The notes beneath the pieces are model-generated. The model made no database searches. It worked only from the letters and a program-made list of their open reading frames with translations, and was not told the origin of the DNA. A program made the translations under genes and the position numbers. 64,000 nucleotides of DNA from assembly GCA_041601615.1 (NCBI GenBank), contig JBFIHX010000008.1:36261-100260 (forward strand). Direction: 5' to 3'. The stretch comes from Thermoplasmatota archaeon (GTDB lineage Archaea > Thermoplasmatota > E2 > JACPAO01 > JAHFTW01). How positions within the stretch are numbered: the first letter of the stretch is position 1; each line of letters opens with the position of its first letter. Below are positions 1 through 10,304 of this stretch, piece by piece.

Positions 1-107
1 ACTTGTACGCAGGCCCAAAATCCCCAAAATCGAGCGGGTTTCGGGCCGATTTTCGCTGCATTGTGGCCACCGTTCCTCGGCCCAAGTCGCCAGCCATCCC
101 AACCCGG

Positions 108-1019
108 TTACGCCGGACCCACAGGCACCGGCGGAATGGATCGAACGAGACGGGCGCCGTGCGGCTCGACGCGGCTGCGAAGGATGCGTCCGTGTCCCTC
201 AAGCAACGCCTCAGCGCGGTCGAGATCTCCGGGTGCGCCTTGGACCCAGAGCGTCGTCCCGAGCATGCACTGTCCCCAGTAGACATCCTCGGGCAATTGC
301 TGACCCAATGCGACCATGTGGTCGGGTCGAAGGCCGAGGGCGGTGCTGAACGTGGCCGCCTCGTGCAGAAGCTGCGTCCAAGCGGCTCCCCGCCCGGCTT
401 CCAGCACGCGATCCACGGCGGCGTCTCCGTGTCGGCGGGTGCGTTCCTTCCAGGAGTGGTCTTGGATGATGCTCTTGGTGCTGATTTCGCCGCCCAGCAC
501 GCAAAATAGGAATTCGGTCGCTTCGGGAACGGCAATTTGCATGGCCCAGCCGTGCGGGGGGCAGCCGGGGCGGATGCGGAGTTCGGCACCGCCAAACCAG
601 GAGCCGACGGCGTCGCCAAGCCCTGCTCCGAGTTCCACTTCGGCAGCATGGGTGGCGGCGAGCGCATCTTCGGGTTCGCGGTCCAAGAGGCGGGCCGCCG
701 CAAGGCAAGTGGCAAGCGTGCCGGCGGCACTCATTCCGAAGCCTTGGCCCAGGGGAAGTTGGATGTGGATGTCCACGTCGAAGAAGTCCTCGGGTGCCAG
801 AATTTCAAGGGCGCGGCGCGTCACGGGTGCGTCGTGTTCTTCGCCGTTGATGCGCACGTCGTTTTGACCGGTCTCGTAAGGCAGCACACTGGCGTAGGCT
901 CCTTTTTGCAGGCACCATCCGCCGCCTCGGCTGCCGTTTTGCACGGGTTCGGCAAAGGCGTCGTGGACCGCAAAGAAGCCGGTGACATGGCCGGGGGCAA
1001 AGGCGCAGGCGCGGTTCAT
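108..1019 (-). CDS. pok: Pantoate kinase (GHMP kinase family)
   Basis: AFAPGHVTGFF N-terminus, GHMP motif PLGQGFGMSAA, AHxAEVxxxxGLGD-like motif; overlaps the coaBC stop. Confidence 0.9.
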   Translation of the reverse strand: MNRACAFAPGHVTGFFAVHDAFAEPVQNGSRGGGWCLQKGAYASVLPYETGQNDVRINGEEHDAPVTRRALEILAPEDFFDVDIHIQLPLGQGFGMSAAGTLATCLAAARLLDREPEDALAATHAAEVELGAGLGDAVGSWFGGAELRIRPGCPPHGWAMQIAVPEATEFLFCVLGGEISTKSIIQDHSWKERTRRHGDAAVDRVLEAGRGAAWTQLLHEAATFSTALGLRPDHMVALGQQLPEDVYWGQCMLGTTLWVQGAPGDLDRAEALLEGHGRILRSRVEPHGARLVRSIPPVPVGPA

Positions 1020-2254
1020 GGGGCGCTCCGTTCTTCAGCCACGCGGCGCGCGATCTCTGCGAGCACCGTTTCCTTGGGGCCTTCGTAGTGTTCTTGCAGG
1101 CCGTTGGCTCCGAGCAGCCATGCTTCTGTGTCGTGGGCGCCAAAGCTGCGGGCGGTGTTGGCGATGATGAATTGGGCGCCGTAGCGCTCCAGGCGTCCTC
1201 GGGCTCGATCCAGCAGGGCGTCGGCGTCGCTTTCGGCTTTGAAGGCCACGAGTGTTGCGCGGGGGAGGCGGGCGCGGATGGATTCGATGATTTTGCCAAG
1301 CGGCCGGAGTGTGAGGGTGAGGTCTTGTTCCGACGCGAGCTTGGTGGGGCTGGCTTCGGGGGCGTAGTCGTTGATGGCAGCGGGCATCCAGACTTGGTCG
1401 TAGGCGTCGTCCGTGGCGCCGTCGCCCAGGCTTTCGACGAGTCGCACCAAGTCCGCGTGGGTCGAATAGCGCAGGGTTCGTTCTTCCAAATCGGCGGTCA
1501 CGGGGGCGGTGGCGTTGCCGTACCAGAGGCGGACGTGGGCGCCAAGCCTGCGCAGTTCGCGGGCAAGCACGAGGGCACTTTGGCCGCTGCTGCGGTTGGT
1601 GAGCACGCGCATGGGGTCCACGGGTTCAGCGGTGGCGCCACCGACCACGAGGGCGGATTTTCCGGCAAGTGGACCGTGTTGTTGGGCAAGCCGATGGATG
1701 ACTGCTTCCACGATTGCCTCCACGGGCGCGAGTTTGGCTTTCTTTTCCTCGTGTAGCGGCTCGACCCAGGTGACTCCGAGTTCTTCGACGAGGGCGCGGG
1801 CGTGTCGGCCAACAATGGGGTGTTGGAGCATCGCTTCGTGCATCGCGGGGGCGACGACCACGGGAGTACGGGTGCCAAAGGCCACGGTGGCGCAGGTGGT
1901 GACGGGCGAGTCGTCGATGCCGAGCGCCATTTTGCTCACGGTGTTGGCCGTGGCGGGTGCTATCAGAAGTAGGTCGGCTTTTTCGGGCACGTCACCAAGC
2001 AATTGGACGTGTTCCACTTGGCCAGTGAGCTTGGTGACGACGGGGTTGCCGGTGGCAAATTCCATCGCAGCTTCCGTGAGGATGCCGAGGGCGGCGTCGC
2101 TCATGACTGCATGAACCCGCGCACCATGGCGGCCTAGTTCTCGGGCAAGCTCCACGCACTTGACGGCGCCAATGCTGCCGCTGACGCCGAGGACGATGCG
2201 GCGGCCCTCGAGGTGGCGGCTGGCCAAACCCCGCAGGTTCTCCACCGGATGCAC
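1016..2254 (-). CDS. coaBC: Bifunctional phosphopantothenoylcysteine decarboxylase/synthase
   Basis: LGVSGSIGAVK, APATANTVSKMALGIDD, PAMHEAM, EPVDPMRVLTNRSSG, VAFKAES. Confidence 0.95.
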   Translation of the reverse strand: MHPVENLRGLASRHLEGRRIVLGVSGSIGAVKCVELARELGRHGARVHAVMSDAALGILTEAAMEFATGNPVVTKLTGQVEHVQLLGDVPEKADLLLIAPATANTVSKMALGIDDSPVTTCATVAFGTRTPVVVAPAMHEAMLQHPIVGRHARALVEELGVTWVEPLHEEKKAKLAPVEAIVEAVIHRLAQQHGPLAGKSALVVGGATAEPVDPMRVLTNRSSGQSALVLARELRRLGAHVRLWYGNATAPVTADLEERTLRYSTHADLVRLVESLGDGATDDAYDQVWMPAAINDYAPEASPTKLASEQDLTLTLRPLGKIIESIRARLPRATLVAFKAESDADALLDRARGRLERYGAQFIIANTARSFGAHDTEAWLLGANGLQEHYEGPKETVLAEIARRVAEERSAP

Positions 2255-2352
2255 GGGGGCTACTCGGCGAACTTGGCTTAAAAGGGCCCGGTCGGGTCGT
2301 GTCGCTGCGCGTGCGGAGGCACTTGATAAGTAGGCGCGGTTGTGCCTTGCGC

Positions 2353-3111
2353 GTGCCCATCACTGTCCACGAGACTGCCGAATTCGATGTCCAGGGAGGC
2401 GCGGTGATGGTGGCGTTTCCGAGTTTTGGCCTCGTGGGGACGTTGGCGGCCAATTTTTTGATCGAGCACTTGAAGCTCCAGGAAGTTGGGGCCTTGGACG
2501 GCGAGTCGTTCCCCACACTCGCGGTGGTGGAGGACGGAGAGCCGCTGTCGCCGATTCGTTTGTACTTTGGACACTTGGACGCAGCCAGTGCAGGCAGGAC
2601 GCCGCTCGTGTTGGTGTTGTCGGAGTTCCAGCCAGATCCACCGATGGTGCATGAGTTGGCGGCGTCCTTGTTGCGTTGGAGCCACGACAAGGGCGCGGCA
2701 CTAATGGTCAGCCCCGAGGGTTTGCTCGTGGAGGAGGACCCTAGCGGGCCCGATATGGAGGTGTTTGCGGCCGCGAGTTTGCCGGAGCTTCGGGAGCGGT
2801 TGCGTGGCCTGGGAACGCCCTTGTTTCGCAACGGGCTGGTGACGGGAGTAACCGGCACGCTTCTTGCGATGGGCAAGCGCCAGGGCATGCCGATTGTGGG
2901 CGTGCTTGCGGAAGCGGTGCCCGATCAACCAGATGCGCGCAGTGCCGCCCAAGTGGTGACGTTGCTAGGTCGCTTGTTTGCGGTGGATTTGGACACTTCA
3001 GTCCTCCTGGCGGAAGCGGAGCGGTTTGAGGCGCGGGTGGCGGAGGCAATGCGGGTGCAGTTGACGCGGGACGGCGAGCGCGGCCACACGCAGTCGGTCA
3101 TGTACGGATAG
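2353..3111 (+). CDS. PAC2 family proteasome assembly chaperone-like protein
   Basis: AFPSFGLVGTLAANFLIEHL, PDARSAAQVV, DTSVLLAEAERFE, C-terminal MYG; start GTG 2353 inferred. Confidence 0.85.
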   Translation: MPITVHETAEFDVQGGAVMVAFPSFGLVGTLAANFLIEHLKLQEVGALDGESFPTLAVVEDGEPLSPIRLYFGHLDAASAGRTPLVLVLSEFQPDPPMVHELAASLLRWSHDKGAALMVSPEGLLVEEDPSGPDMEVFAAASLPELRERLRGLGTPLFRNGLVTGVTGTLLAMGKRQGMPIVGVLAEAVPDQPDARSAAQVVTLLGRLFAVDLDTSVLLAEAERFEARVAEAMRVQLTRDGERGHTQSVMYG

Positions 3112-3178
3112 CACTTCGAGGCATGGCGGCGCCGGAGCCGTTGGGACCGCTTTTCTGTCCGACCCGTGTCCCCGCTTC

Positions 3179-5077
3179 GTGGAGTACGCGGCCCTGGTGG
3201 ATCACTTCGAGCGCATGGATGCGACGACGAAGCGACTCGAGATGACCGCGATTCTTGCCGAGGCGCTTGATGATCTTGGCCGGGAGGAAGTGGAACCGGC
3301 ACTTCGGCTCATGCAGGGCAAGGTCGCGCCGGATTGGGAAGGCATCGAATTGGGTCTTGCCGAGAAGCTCGTGTTGCAAGTGCTGGCCCGTGCCGCCGGC
3401 CTCAATGTCAAGGCGGGTGGGGTGGCGCAGGCCACCAAGATATACCACGACGAGGGAGACCTGGGGCTCGCCGCACAACGCCTCATGGAACAAAAAGGCG
3501 GTGCTGCACAAGTGGGGCTTTTTTCATTCCAAAACGAAGCAACTGCATCACTTAGTGTTACAGAAGTATTCAATCGCCTCAAATCCATTGCTTTGGTGCA
3601 AGGGCAGGGAAGCCAGGACGAAAAGCAACAACTGCTATGGAAGCTCCTGTCCGACGCTGGACCCCGCGAAGCCAAGTACATCGTGCGCACCGTCGCCGGA
3701 CGCTTGCGCCTCGGTGTCGCGGACATGACGTGCCTCGATGCGCTTACTGCATGGCACCGAAGACAACCGGTTCGATCCGTCACCGAAATGGAGCCCGAGG
3801 AACGCGCCACCCACGAAGATGTGCGCCGCCGCATCGAACGCGCCTTCGACCTGCGTAGCGACTTGCCGTTTGTGGCCCGCACGCTTGCCGAGGGCGGACT
3901 GGACGCCATCGACGAAGTGCAAGTGCAACACGGCACGCCGCTTCGCCCCATGGCAGCCGAGCGCTTGAAGACCCTAGGCGAAATTCTCGAAAAACACGAG
4001 GGCCGCTCCGCCTTGGAATACAAGTACGACGGTCTGCGCGTGCAAGCGCACGTCAGCGCCGACCCGAGTGTCCCCGTCAAGCTGTTTAGCCGCCGCATGG
4101 AAGACCTCACAGCGCAATTTCCAGACGTTCAACAGTACCTCCGGGCCGCACTCAAGGGAAAAAGCGCCATCGTGGAAGGCGAATGCGTCGCAATGGACCG
4201 CGCCACGGGACGCATGAGGCCGTTTCAGGAAGTCAGCCGCAGGCGAGGGCGCAAGACCGGCCTCGGAGAAGATGCGCGCCAGGAATCCGCGCTGGCCGAC
4301 GGAGCCGCCACCACCACGAACATGATGGACGAAGTGCCCGTCACTGTGTTTTTGTTCGATTGCATGGCCGTCGACGGCCAATCCGTGATGCACGAGGGCT
4401 ACCAGACCCGCCGCGACCGCATCCCGCACGTCTTCCGACTCGGTGACGAAGTCATGTTGTCCACCATGAGCATCACGGAAGACGAAGGCGCCATGGAGAC
4501 GTTCTTTCAACAAGCCGTGCAAGACGGCGCCGAGGGCGTCATGGCCAAGGCACTCGACGCGCCGTACAAGGCCGGCAACCGAGGCTTTGACTGGATCAAA
4601 TACAAGACCGATTACACCGAGGATCTCGTGGACACCATGGACCTCGTGGCCATTGGTGCATTCTACGGTCGCGGCCGCCGCGCCGGTTGGTACGGGGCTC
4701 TTCTCATGGCTGCCTACGACCCGGACTCGGACACCTACGCCAGTGTCTGCAAGCTCGGCACTGGCTTCGACGACGCCACCTTGATGGGCCTCAAGGACAA
4801 ATTCGCCCCGCACCAAAGCGAGACGAAGCCCGCCGGCGTCGACAGCGACATGGTGCCCGACGTTTGGTTCCAACCATCCGTTGTCATGGAAGTGCAAGCC
4901 GCCGAATTGACCTTGAGCCCGACGCACCGCGCCGGATGGGGCAGCATAAAAGAAGGCGCCGGGCTCGCTGCGCGTTTCCCTCGGTTTACGGTGTGGAGAG
5001 AGGACAAATCGCCGCAGCAGGCGACGACTGTGGGAGAAATTCAGGGAATGTACGAGATGCAAGGACAAACCACCTAG
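3179..5077 (+). CDS. lig: ATP-dependent DNA ligase (archaeal type)
   Basis: Motif I EYKYDGLRVQAH, EGVMAK, WIKYKTDY, KLGTGFDD, RFPRF. Confidence 0.96.
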   Translation: MEYAALVDHFERMDATTKRLEMTAILAEALDDLGREEVEPALRLMQGKVAPDWEGIELGLAEKLVLQVLARAAGLNVKAGGVAQATKIYHDEGDLGLAAQRLMEQKGGAAQVGLFSFQNEATASLSVTEVFNRLKSIALVQGQGSQDEKQQLLWKLLSDAGPREAKYIVRTVAGRLRLGVADMTCLDALTAWHRRQPVRSVTEMEPEERATHEDVRRRIERAFDLRSDLPFVARTLAEGGLDAIDEVQVQHGTPLRPMAAERLKTLGEILEKHEGRSALEYKYDGLRVQAHVSADPSVPVKLFSRRMEDLTAQFPDVQQYLRAALKGKSAIVEGECVAMDRATGRMRPFQEVSRRRGRKTGLGEDARQESALADGAATTTNMMDEVPVTVFLFDCMAVDGQSVMHEGYQTRRDRIPHVFRLGDEVMLSTMSITEDEGAMETFFQQAVQDGAEGVMAKALDAPYKAGNRGFDWIKYKTDYTEDLVDTMDLVAIGAFYGRGRRAGWYGALLMAAYDPDSDTYASVCKLGTGFDDATLMGLKDKFAPHQSETKPAGVDSDMVPDVWFQPSVVMEVQAAELTLSPTHRAGWGSIKEGAGLAARFPRFTVWREDKSPQQATTVGEIQGMYEMQGQTT

Positions 5078-5136
5078 CATCGGCCCAATTCAACACCTCC
5101 CTCTCCATTTATGCACCCCCTAGAGTAGCCGCCGGG

Positions 5137-6024
5137 GTGGGTTTGACCAAGATTCGCCTGTCTCGGTTGCGTGACGAGGTGCGGGCATTGCAGATGCGAT
5201 TGTCGGAGATAGAGCGCAAGCTTGCCAAGAAAAGCGATGATGCGCAGGCCATGAACGCGCTGACGTCGGCGCAGGATTATTGCGTGGAAGCAGAAAAATC
5301 GGCGAAGGCTGGAGACTTGCAACGGGGCTGGAAGAAGGTGCACCGGGCCCGCGAGGCGTTGGTGTGTACGATGCAGCCGGTGCAGGTGCGCCTGGAGGCC
5401 GATGATTTGCTGCGCCGAGCCGCCTATTTGGATGTTGAAAAGAATCAGCTCTTGCAGCAATGGTTGAGCCAAGGCCTGGAAGCATTGCCCTTGGAGGACC
5501 AGCGGCGCACGGTGCGGCGGGCACTCAACCTGCACAACGAGCACTGGGATGTATTCTACCAAGCGGCGCGATTGACCGATGCGCGATTGCGCAGTCTTTC
5601 AGGGATGCTGATGATTGCCACCGCGGGCGCCATAGCAGCGGCATCCGTGGGTGGTCTTGAGTTGGTTCCAGGAATGGCAGGCGGCACGTTTGCGGCCATC
5701 GTCGTCTTGCTGGGCCTCGTCGGCGGTAGCACGAGTGCGTTGGTGGCCACCATCACGGGCTCCACGGATCGAATTCTGCCCATGCATACCATCGATAGTT
5801 CCTGGAGCGTCCTGCGAACACCGTTTGGCGGATCCAGCGCATTGCTGGTGGTCCTGGCACTGGGCGGCGGCATGCTCGGAGTCACCGTGGAAACGGCCCA
5901 GGGATACTACGTCTGGGCGGCGGTTGCCGGTTTCAGCGAGGGACTCTTCGTGCGCTTGGCCGCCGGCATCGCGGGACGGTTTGGCACGGAGCGATCTGCG
6001 GATGACCGGGTGATTGACGCGTAG
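5137..6024 (+). CDS. Uncharacterised membrane protein (helical N-domain plus about 4 TM segments)
   Basis: Hydrophobic segments with GLVGGSTS, LRTPFGGSSA and AGFSE patterns; start inferred after the lig stop. Confidence 0.65.
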   Translation: MGLTKIRLSRLRDEVRALQMRLSEIERKLAKKSDDAQAMNALTSAQDYCVEAEKSAKAGDLQRGWKKVHRAREALVCTMQPVQVRLEADDLLRRAAYLDVEKNQLLQQWLSQGLEALPLEDQRRTVRRALNLHNEHWDVFYQAARLTDARLRSLSGMLMIATAGAIAAASVGGLELVPGMAGGTFAAIVVLLGLVGGSTSALVATITGSTDRILPMHTIDSSWSVLRTPFGGSSALLVVLALGGGMLGVTVETAQGYYVWAAVAGFSEGLFVRLAAGIAGRFGTERSADDRVIDA

Positions 6025-6473
6025 CGCAAAGCGATTCGCACGAAATTTGGAAGCCACTCTGGGCAACCGGCGATCTAGTTGATTCGAGGCACAGGACTCT
6101 TCACCCTCATGCCGGCTCCGTCCGAGAGTCCTATCAAGGCCAGCAAGACAGGGACCTCGAGCTGAGCGCCAGGCCGCGGACGCCGCGCCTCCCCCCCCAA
6201 CCCATCCCGAGTGCCTCTTCGACCTCGGCCAGACGCTGAACCATTTTGATTCATTTCTCATCTTTTTAATGGGGTTTATCCGAGCAAGCCAATCCCCCAT
6301 TCAACCATATATCCACTATATCTAGTGGAATAATGCCCGAATATTGGTAGGTATTCCCCCATCCGCCTTTACAGCGGAAAAATACTCGAAGAGTCGAGGA
6401 TATTGGGCCAACAGAAGCATATATCAGCATAAGGTCCATGATGGTGCTGTCTGATACAGACTAGGTGAACAAC

Positions 6474-6683
6474 ATGGCCAAGACGCTACCCACCGTGCTT
6501 CTCGCACTATCACTGCTTGCCCTCACATGTGCCGCCCCAGTCGATGCATACGGCGCCTGCGTTGGGATCTGCATCGATGTCGCCGACACCAATGGCGACG
6601 GTGAGTACCGCGTTCAAACATGCACCGGAAACGTGAACGTCCAAGTGGGCCTGAGCAACGAAGCCCATTTCTGCGGGAACTGA
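6474..6683 (+). CDS. Small secreted Cys-containing protein with one curlin-like repeat and a DxNxDG motif
   Basis: AGGTGA RBS before ATG 6474; signal peptide; CTGNVNVQVGLSNEAHFC. Confidence 0.75.
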   Translation: MAKTLPTVLLALSLLALTCAAPVDAYGACVGICIDVADTNGDGEYRVQTCTGNVNVQVGLSNEAHFCGN

Positions 6684-6693
6684 GGCGGTTCAA

Positions 6694-7194
6694 ATGAGCC
6701 CACTTCTCACATGGGGCAGCACGACACTGCTTCTCGTCGCCGCATCGCTTGGATTGTCCCTCGTGGACAACGCATCGGACCCCGAAGCCCCTACCTCGAT
6801 GACTGAAGCACTCCCGCCGCTGGACTCGACCGGCGGCGAGCACGAGTCGTTTGACCTATTGACAACGATTCATGGACACTTGGATTTCGACCTTCCAGAA
6901 CATGCAACAGGTTGGGCGACTGCGACGCTGGCACCACTCGATTCTACTCCAGTGCGAAGCGACCGCAGCCTCTGCATCAAGCTCGTTCGACTCGAGCCCT
7001 CCCCTGTAACGCTTCGCCAATCCGGTCAATGCGGAATGAACGTCAACGTGCAATCGAACTTGGATTTTGGCGACCAAACCGTATTCGAGACAGATCTTGC
7101 CGAACTAGACCCCGGGCAATACCGCCTTGAATTCGAGGCGGACCCGCAAGCAGCGACCCTCCAATTTGTGGTTGCCTGGGAGATTGCACAATGA
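6694..7194 (+). CDS. Secreted/anchored beta-rich protein, middle gene of the three-gene operon
   Basis: N-terminal hydrophobic segment; CGMNVNVQ partial repeat; ATGA overlap with the next gene. Confidence 0.7.
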   Translation: MSPLLTWGSTTLLLVAASLGLSLVDNASDPEAPTSMTEALPPLDSTGGEHESFDLLTTIHGHLDFDLPEHATGWATATLAPLDSTPVRSDRSLCIKLVRLEPSPVTLRQSGQCGMNVNVQSNLDFGDQTVFETDLAELDPGQYRLEFEADPQAATLQFVVAWEIAQ

Positions 7195-7502
7195 ACAGTT
7201 GGGTACTCGCAACAGCGCTTGCCTTGGTAGCTCTCGCGGCCCCAGCGTCGGCCGATCAAGAAGCCAGCGACGGAGCTTGCGAGAATGAGGTGGTGGTCCA
7301 GTATGACCTGCGCCACAACGAGAAACACTGCAGCAGTTGCACATTCATGATCATCATCCAGGTGGGTCTGGATAACGATACATCATGCAGAGACATCTGC
7401 ATGTACAACGTCTTCATACAGGTTGGGTTGGGCCATAATTTTGTTCATTGTGGATCTCTCCCCGTTGACCTCGTGTCACACGTACAAGCAACGATTCCCT
7501 AG
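7191..7502 (+). CDS. Small secreted protein with three 20-aa Cys-bracketed curlin-like repeats
   Basis: Signal peptide (APASA); CENEVVVQYDLRHNEKHCSS / CTFMIIIQVGLDNDTSCRDI / CMYNVFIQVGLGHNFVHCGS. Confidence 0.75.
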   Translation: MNSWVLATALALVALAAPASADQEASDGACENEVVVQYDLRHNEKHCSSCTFMIIIQVGLDNDTSCRDICMYNVFIQVGLGHNFVHCGSLPVDLVSHVQATIP

Positions 7503-7575
7503 ATTCAAGGGCATCCGAACGCACCCAATTCTTGGAAGCTGGTGCTTTCCAAGGCGACCCTTGGTGATGAACCGT

Positions 7576-9141
7576 TCACCCTAGGGCACTTCGATGCACC
7601 AAGCTCTTCGCCGTCATCTCAGCCCCAATCGGGAGCCCCATCAAATCCAGCAACGTCGGAGCAACGTTGCACAGCGCCCCGCCGGAGCGAAGCGAGACCC
7701 CTACGCCCGCGTGGACGGCGATGAGTGGACTGGGTTCCATGCTGTGCGCCGTGACGCGGTCTCCGCGCCCTCCGTCGTCGGCGACTTTGCACATTTCTTC
7801 GCAGTTGCCGTGGTCGCTGGTGATGAGGACGAGGTAGCCGAGTTCGCCCGCCACGGAGACGAGGCGGTTGAGGCAGTTGTCCATGAATTCCATCATTTGG
7901 ACTGCGGCATCGAGGTTGCCGGTGTGGCCGACCATGTCGGGGTTGGCGTAGTTGACGACCATGAGATCGTAGTCTTCGCTGCCCATGGCATGGAGGAGTC
8001 GATCGGTGACTTCGCCTGCGTTCATTTCGGGTTGCAGGTCGTAGGTGGCGACTTGGGGGCTGGGGATGAGGATTCGGTCTTCTCCTTCGAATGGAGTTTC
8101 GCGGCCGCCACTGAAAAAGTAGGTGACGTGGGCGTATTTTTCGGTCTCCGCGATGCGCAATTGACGCATGCCAAGGCCCGCGATGTGTTCGCCGAGCGTG
8201 CCGGTGGGGCGGGAGGGCGGGTAGGCGATGTGGATGCCGGGCCAGGCGACGAAAGCGTCGTCGTATTGCGTGGTGCATACCCAGAGGAGGTTGCTGGGCG
8301 GCGTCCGGTCGAATCCCGTGAAGGCTGGGTCCATGAAGGCGCGGGTCATTTCGCGGGACCGATCGGGTCGGAAGTTGAGCCAGATGCAGGCGTCCCCTTC
8401 GCGCACGGCACCGTTGGGATCGATGCGGGTGGCGGCTGCAAATTCGTCGTCCTCGCCGGCAAGGTACGCGGCGGCAAGAGCGGCTTGGGCGTCTGGTGCG
8501 TCCCGAGTGGCGGCGGCTCCGGTGTACAAGTCGTAGGCGGACTGCACGCGCTCCCAGCGCTGGTCGCGGTCCATGGCGTAGTATCGGCCCACGATGTCGG
8601 CGATGGTGCCGTTGTTAGCCCGGGTCATTTGGGTCGTGAGGGTGTCGAGGAAGCCGGCGGCGCTGCGGGGGTCCGTGTCGCGGCCGTCGAGGATGGGGTG
8701 GACGAACACCTCGTCGATGCGGGCACTTGCAGCGGCTTTGAGGGCGGCGGCAAAGTGGTCTTCGTGGGCGTGGACGCCGCCGGGGCCTAGGAGCCCGAAG
8801 AGGTGCAGCCGTCCGCCGGTGCTGCGAACATGATCGAAGGCGGCTTGGTAGGCATCGTTGTTGCCAAATTCGGTGTCCTCGATTGCCTTGTTGATGCGCA
8901 AAAAGTCCTGGTAGACGATGCGTCCGGCGCCGATGTTCAAGTGCCCCACTTCGGAGTTGCCCATCTGGCCTTCGGGCAAGCCAACGTGGTGCTGGTTGTT
9001 GTCGATAAACGTCCAGGGCGACTCGGCGCGCAGCTTGTCGAGCGTCGGCGTGTTGGCCAGTTCCACGGCGTTGCAGGGGTGATCGGGGTCGCCGAATCCA
9101 AAGCCGTCAAGAATCACCAGAAGAGCTGGGCGGTGGGCCAC
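7576..9141 (-). CDS. gpmI: 2,3-bisphosphoglycerate-independent phosphoglycerate mutase
   Basis: LVILDGFG, GQMGNSEVGHLNIGAGR, GRYYAMDRD, AETEKYAHVT, NPDMVGHTG, SDHGN; start GTG 9141 inferred. Confidence 0.95.
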   Translation of the reverse strand: MAHRPALLVILDGFGFGDPDHPCNAVELANTPTLDKLRAESPWTFIDNNQHHVGLPEGQMGNSEVGHLNIGAGRIVYQDFLRINKAIEDTEFGNNDAYQAAFDHVRSTGGRLHLFGLLGPGGVHAHEDHFAAALKAAASARIDEVFVHPILDGRDTDPRSAAGFLDTLTTQMTRANNGTIADIVGRYYAMDRDQRWERVQSAYDLYTGAAATRDAPDAQAALAAAYLAGEDDEFAAATRIDPNGAVREGDACIWLNFRPDRSREMTRAFMDPAFTGFDRTPPSNLLWVCTTQYDDAFVAWPGIHIAYPPSRPTGTLGEHIAGLGMRQLRIAETEKYAHVTYFFSGGRETPFEGEDRILIPSPQVATYDLQPEMNAGEVTDRLLHAMGSEDYDLMVVNYANPDMVGHTGNLDAAVQMMEFMDNCLNRLVSVAGELGYLVLITSDHGNCEEMCKVADDGGRGDRVTAHSMEPSPLIAVHAGVGVSLRSGGALCNVAPTLLDLMGLPIGAEMTAKSLVHRSALG

Positions 9142-9239
9142 GGGGCGGCGACGGTGCAGGTGTTGTTCAAGGTTGGGAAGCGCTGGGCTCAAGTTCGTCC
9201 ACCAAAAAGACCAACAACCGCAAAGTTTCGGCGCCTCGC

Positions 9240-10274
9240 ATGCGCGTCGTGGTGGCCTTGGCCCTGATCGTGGTCGGTTTTGCCGGGTGCAGTGAAGAAA
9301 CAACTCCTTTGGTCCTCGACGAGGAACCAGCGCCTACCGTGGTTACGGACCCGAGTGATTATTCCTACAACACGACCCGCCAGCACATCCACGACTACTG
9401 GAACGACCAGCAGAGCATAGAGGTGTTCTCGAAGACGAAGTCGATCGGCACCATTGTGTTCGACGACTATGAAGACGAAGAGGTGCGCGGAGATACGGAC
9501 CAGGTCATTCCGCAAGGAGCCAAGTGGGTCAACATCACCATGGACTGGGACCTGAATGAGCCGCGCATCTACAGCGCGACCGAATTGTGGCTGCGCACCG
9601 CCAAGGAGACCGAGCCGTTCCTAGTGGGCCCCATCGAAGACGGCGAGACGGTGACGTTCCTGAGCGACAACGGCCACGACGACCTGCCGCACCAGCGACT
9701 GAGTGCTTGGATGTTCATTCTGCGCTTCTACAGCGACGTGGCGGACCACATCCTCACCCAAGGCACCGTGGACGTGACGGTGACGGCGGCGCGAGGCTTG
9801 GAAATTCCCGTCTATCCTGGACACCCAGACCAATGGAAGGATGCCACGGAATTGCCCTTGTTGGAGCATGAAGGAAATGTGGGCATGGACACGGGCCCCC
9901 ACTCGGTTGCTGGAGTTGGCGCCGGCCACTGGTGCTTGTTCCAGTGCTTTGGAATCCTGCGGCTGGACGACGGCGCCATTGTTCCGTACAACACGAGCAT
10001 GGTCGAGGTGGTGTTGAGCGAAAGTTCCGGCACTTCCACTCCGACTCTGCCTGGCCTGATGTTCCACGGCGCCGATACACTCGAATGGACCCTACTGGAA
10101 CCCTCCGAGCAATCTGGCTCCACGCGGACGTATCAAATCGAAGTGCTCCCCGGAGCCGGCGACGGCGCCTACGCCCAGCAGAGCTTATGGGAATTCCATG
10201 TGGTCATCGATGAACCGGTGCCGAATGGAGTGTTCGTTGGATCCTTTGATTTGAAGGCGAGGGCGATTCGCTAA
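9240..10274 (+). CDS. Lipoprotein of unknown function
   Basis: Signal with FAGC lipobox; two related beta-rich halves. Confidence 0.75.
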   Translation: MRVVVALALIVVGFAGCSEETTPLVLDEEPAPTVVTDPSDYSYNTTRQHIHDYWNDQQSIEVFSKTKSIGTIVFDDYEDEEVRGDTDQVIPQGAKWVNITMDWDLNEPRIYSATELWLRTAKETEPFLVGPIEDGETVTFLSDNGHDDLPHQRLSAWMFILRFYSDVADHILTQGTVDVTVTAARGLEIPVYPGHPDQWKDATELPLLEHEGNVGMDTGPHSVAGVGAGHWCLFQCFGILRLDDGAIVPYNTSMVEVVLSESSGTSTPTLPGLMFHGADTLEWTLLEPSEQSGSTRTYQIEVLPGAGDGAYAQQSLWEFHVVIDEPVPNGVFVGSFDLKARAIR

Positions 10275-10304
10275 CCTCGCAGCCCCCGACGCGGTGCTGT
10301 TGTG

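Noticed and set aside
7594-8790. Long antisense or shadow ORFs (also 21682-22281, 30426-31394, 39320-40447, 57061-58131, 59268-60344)
   Set aside because: They lie opposite well-supported genes and result from high GC and biased codon use.
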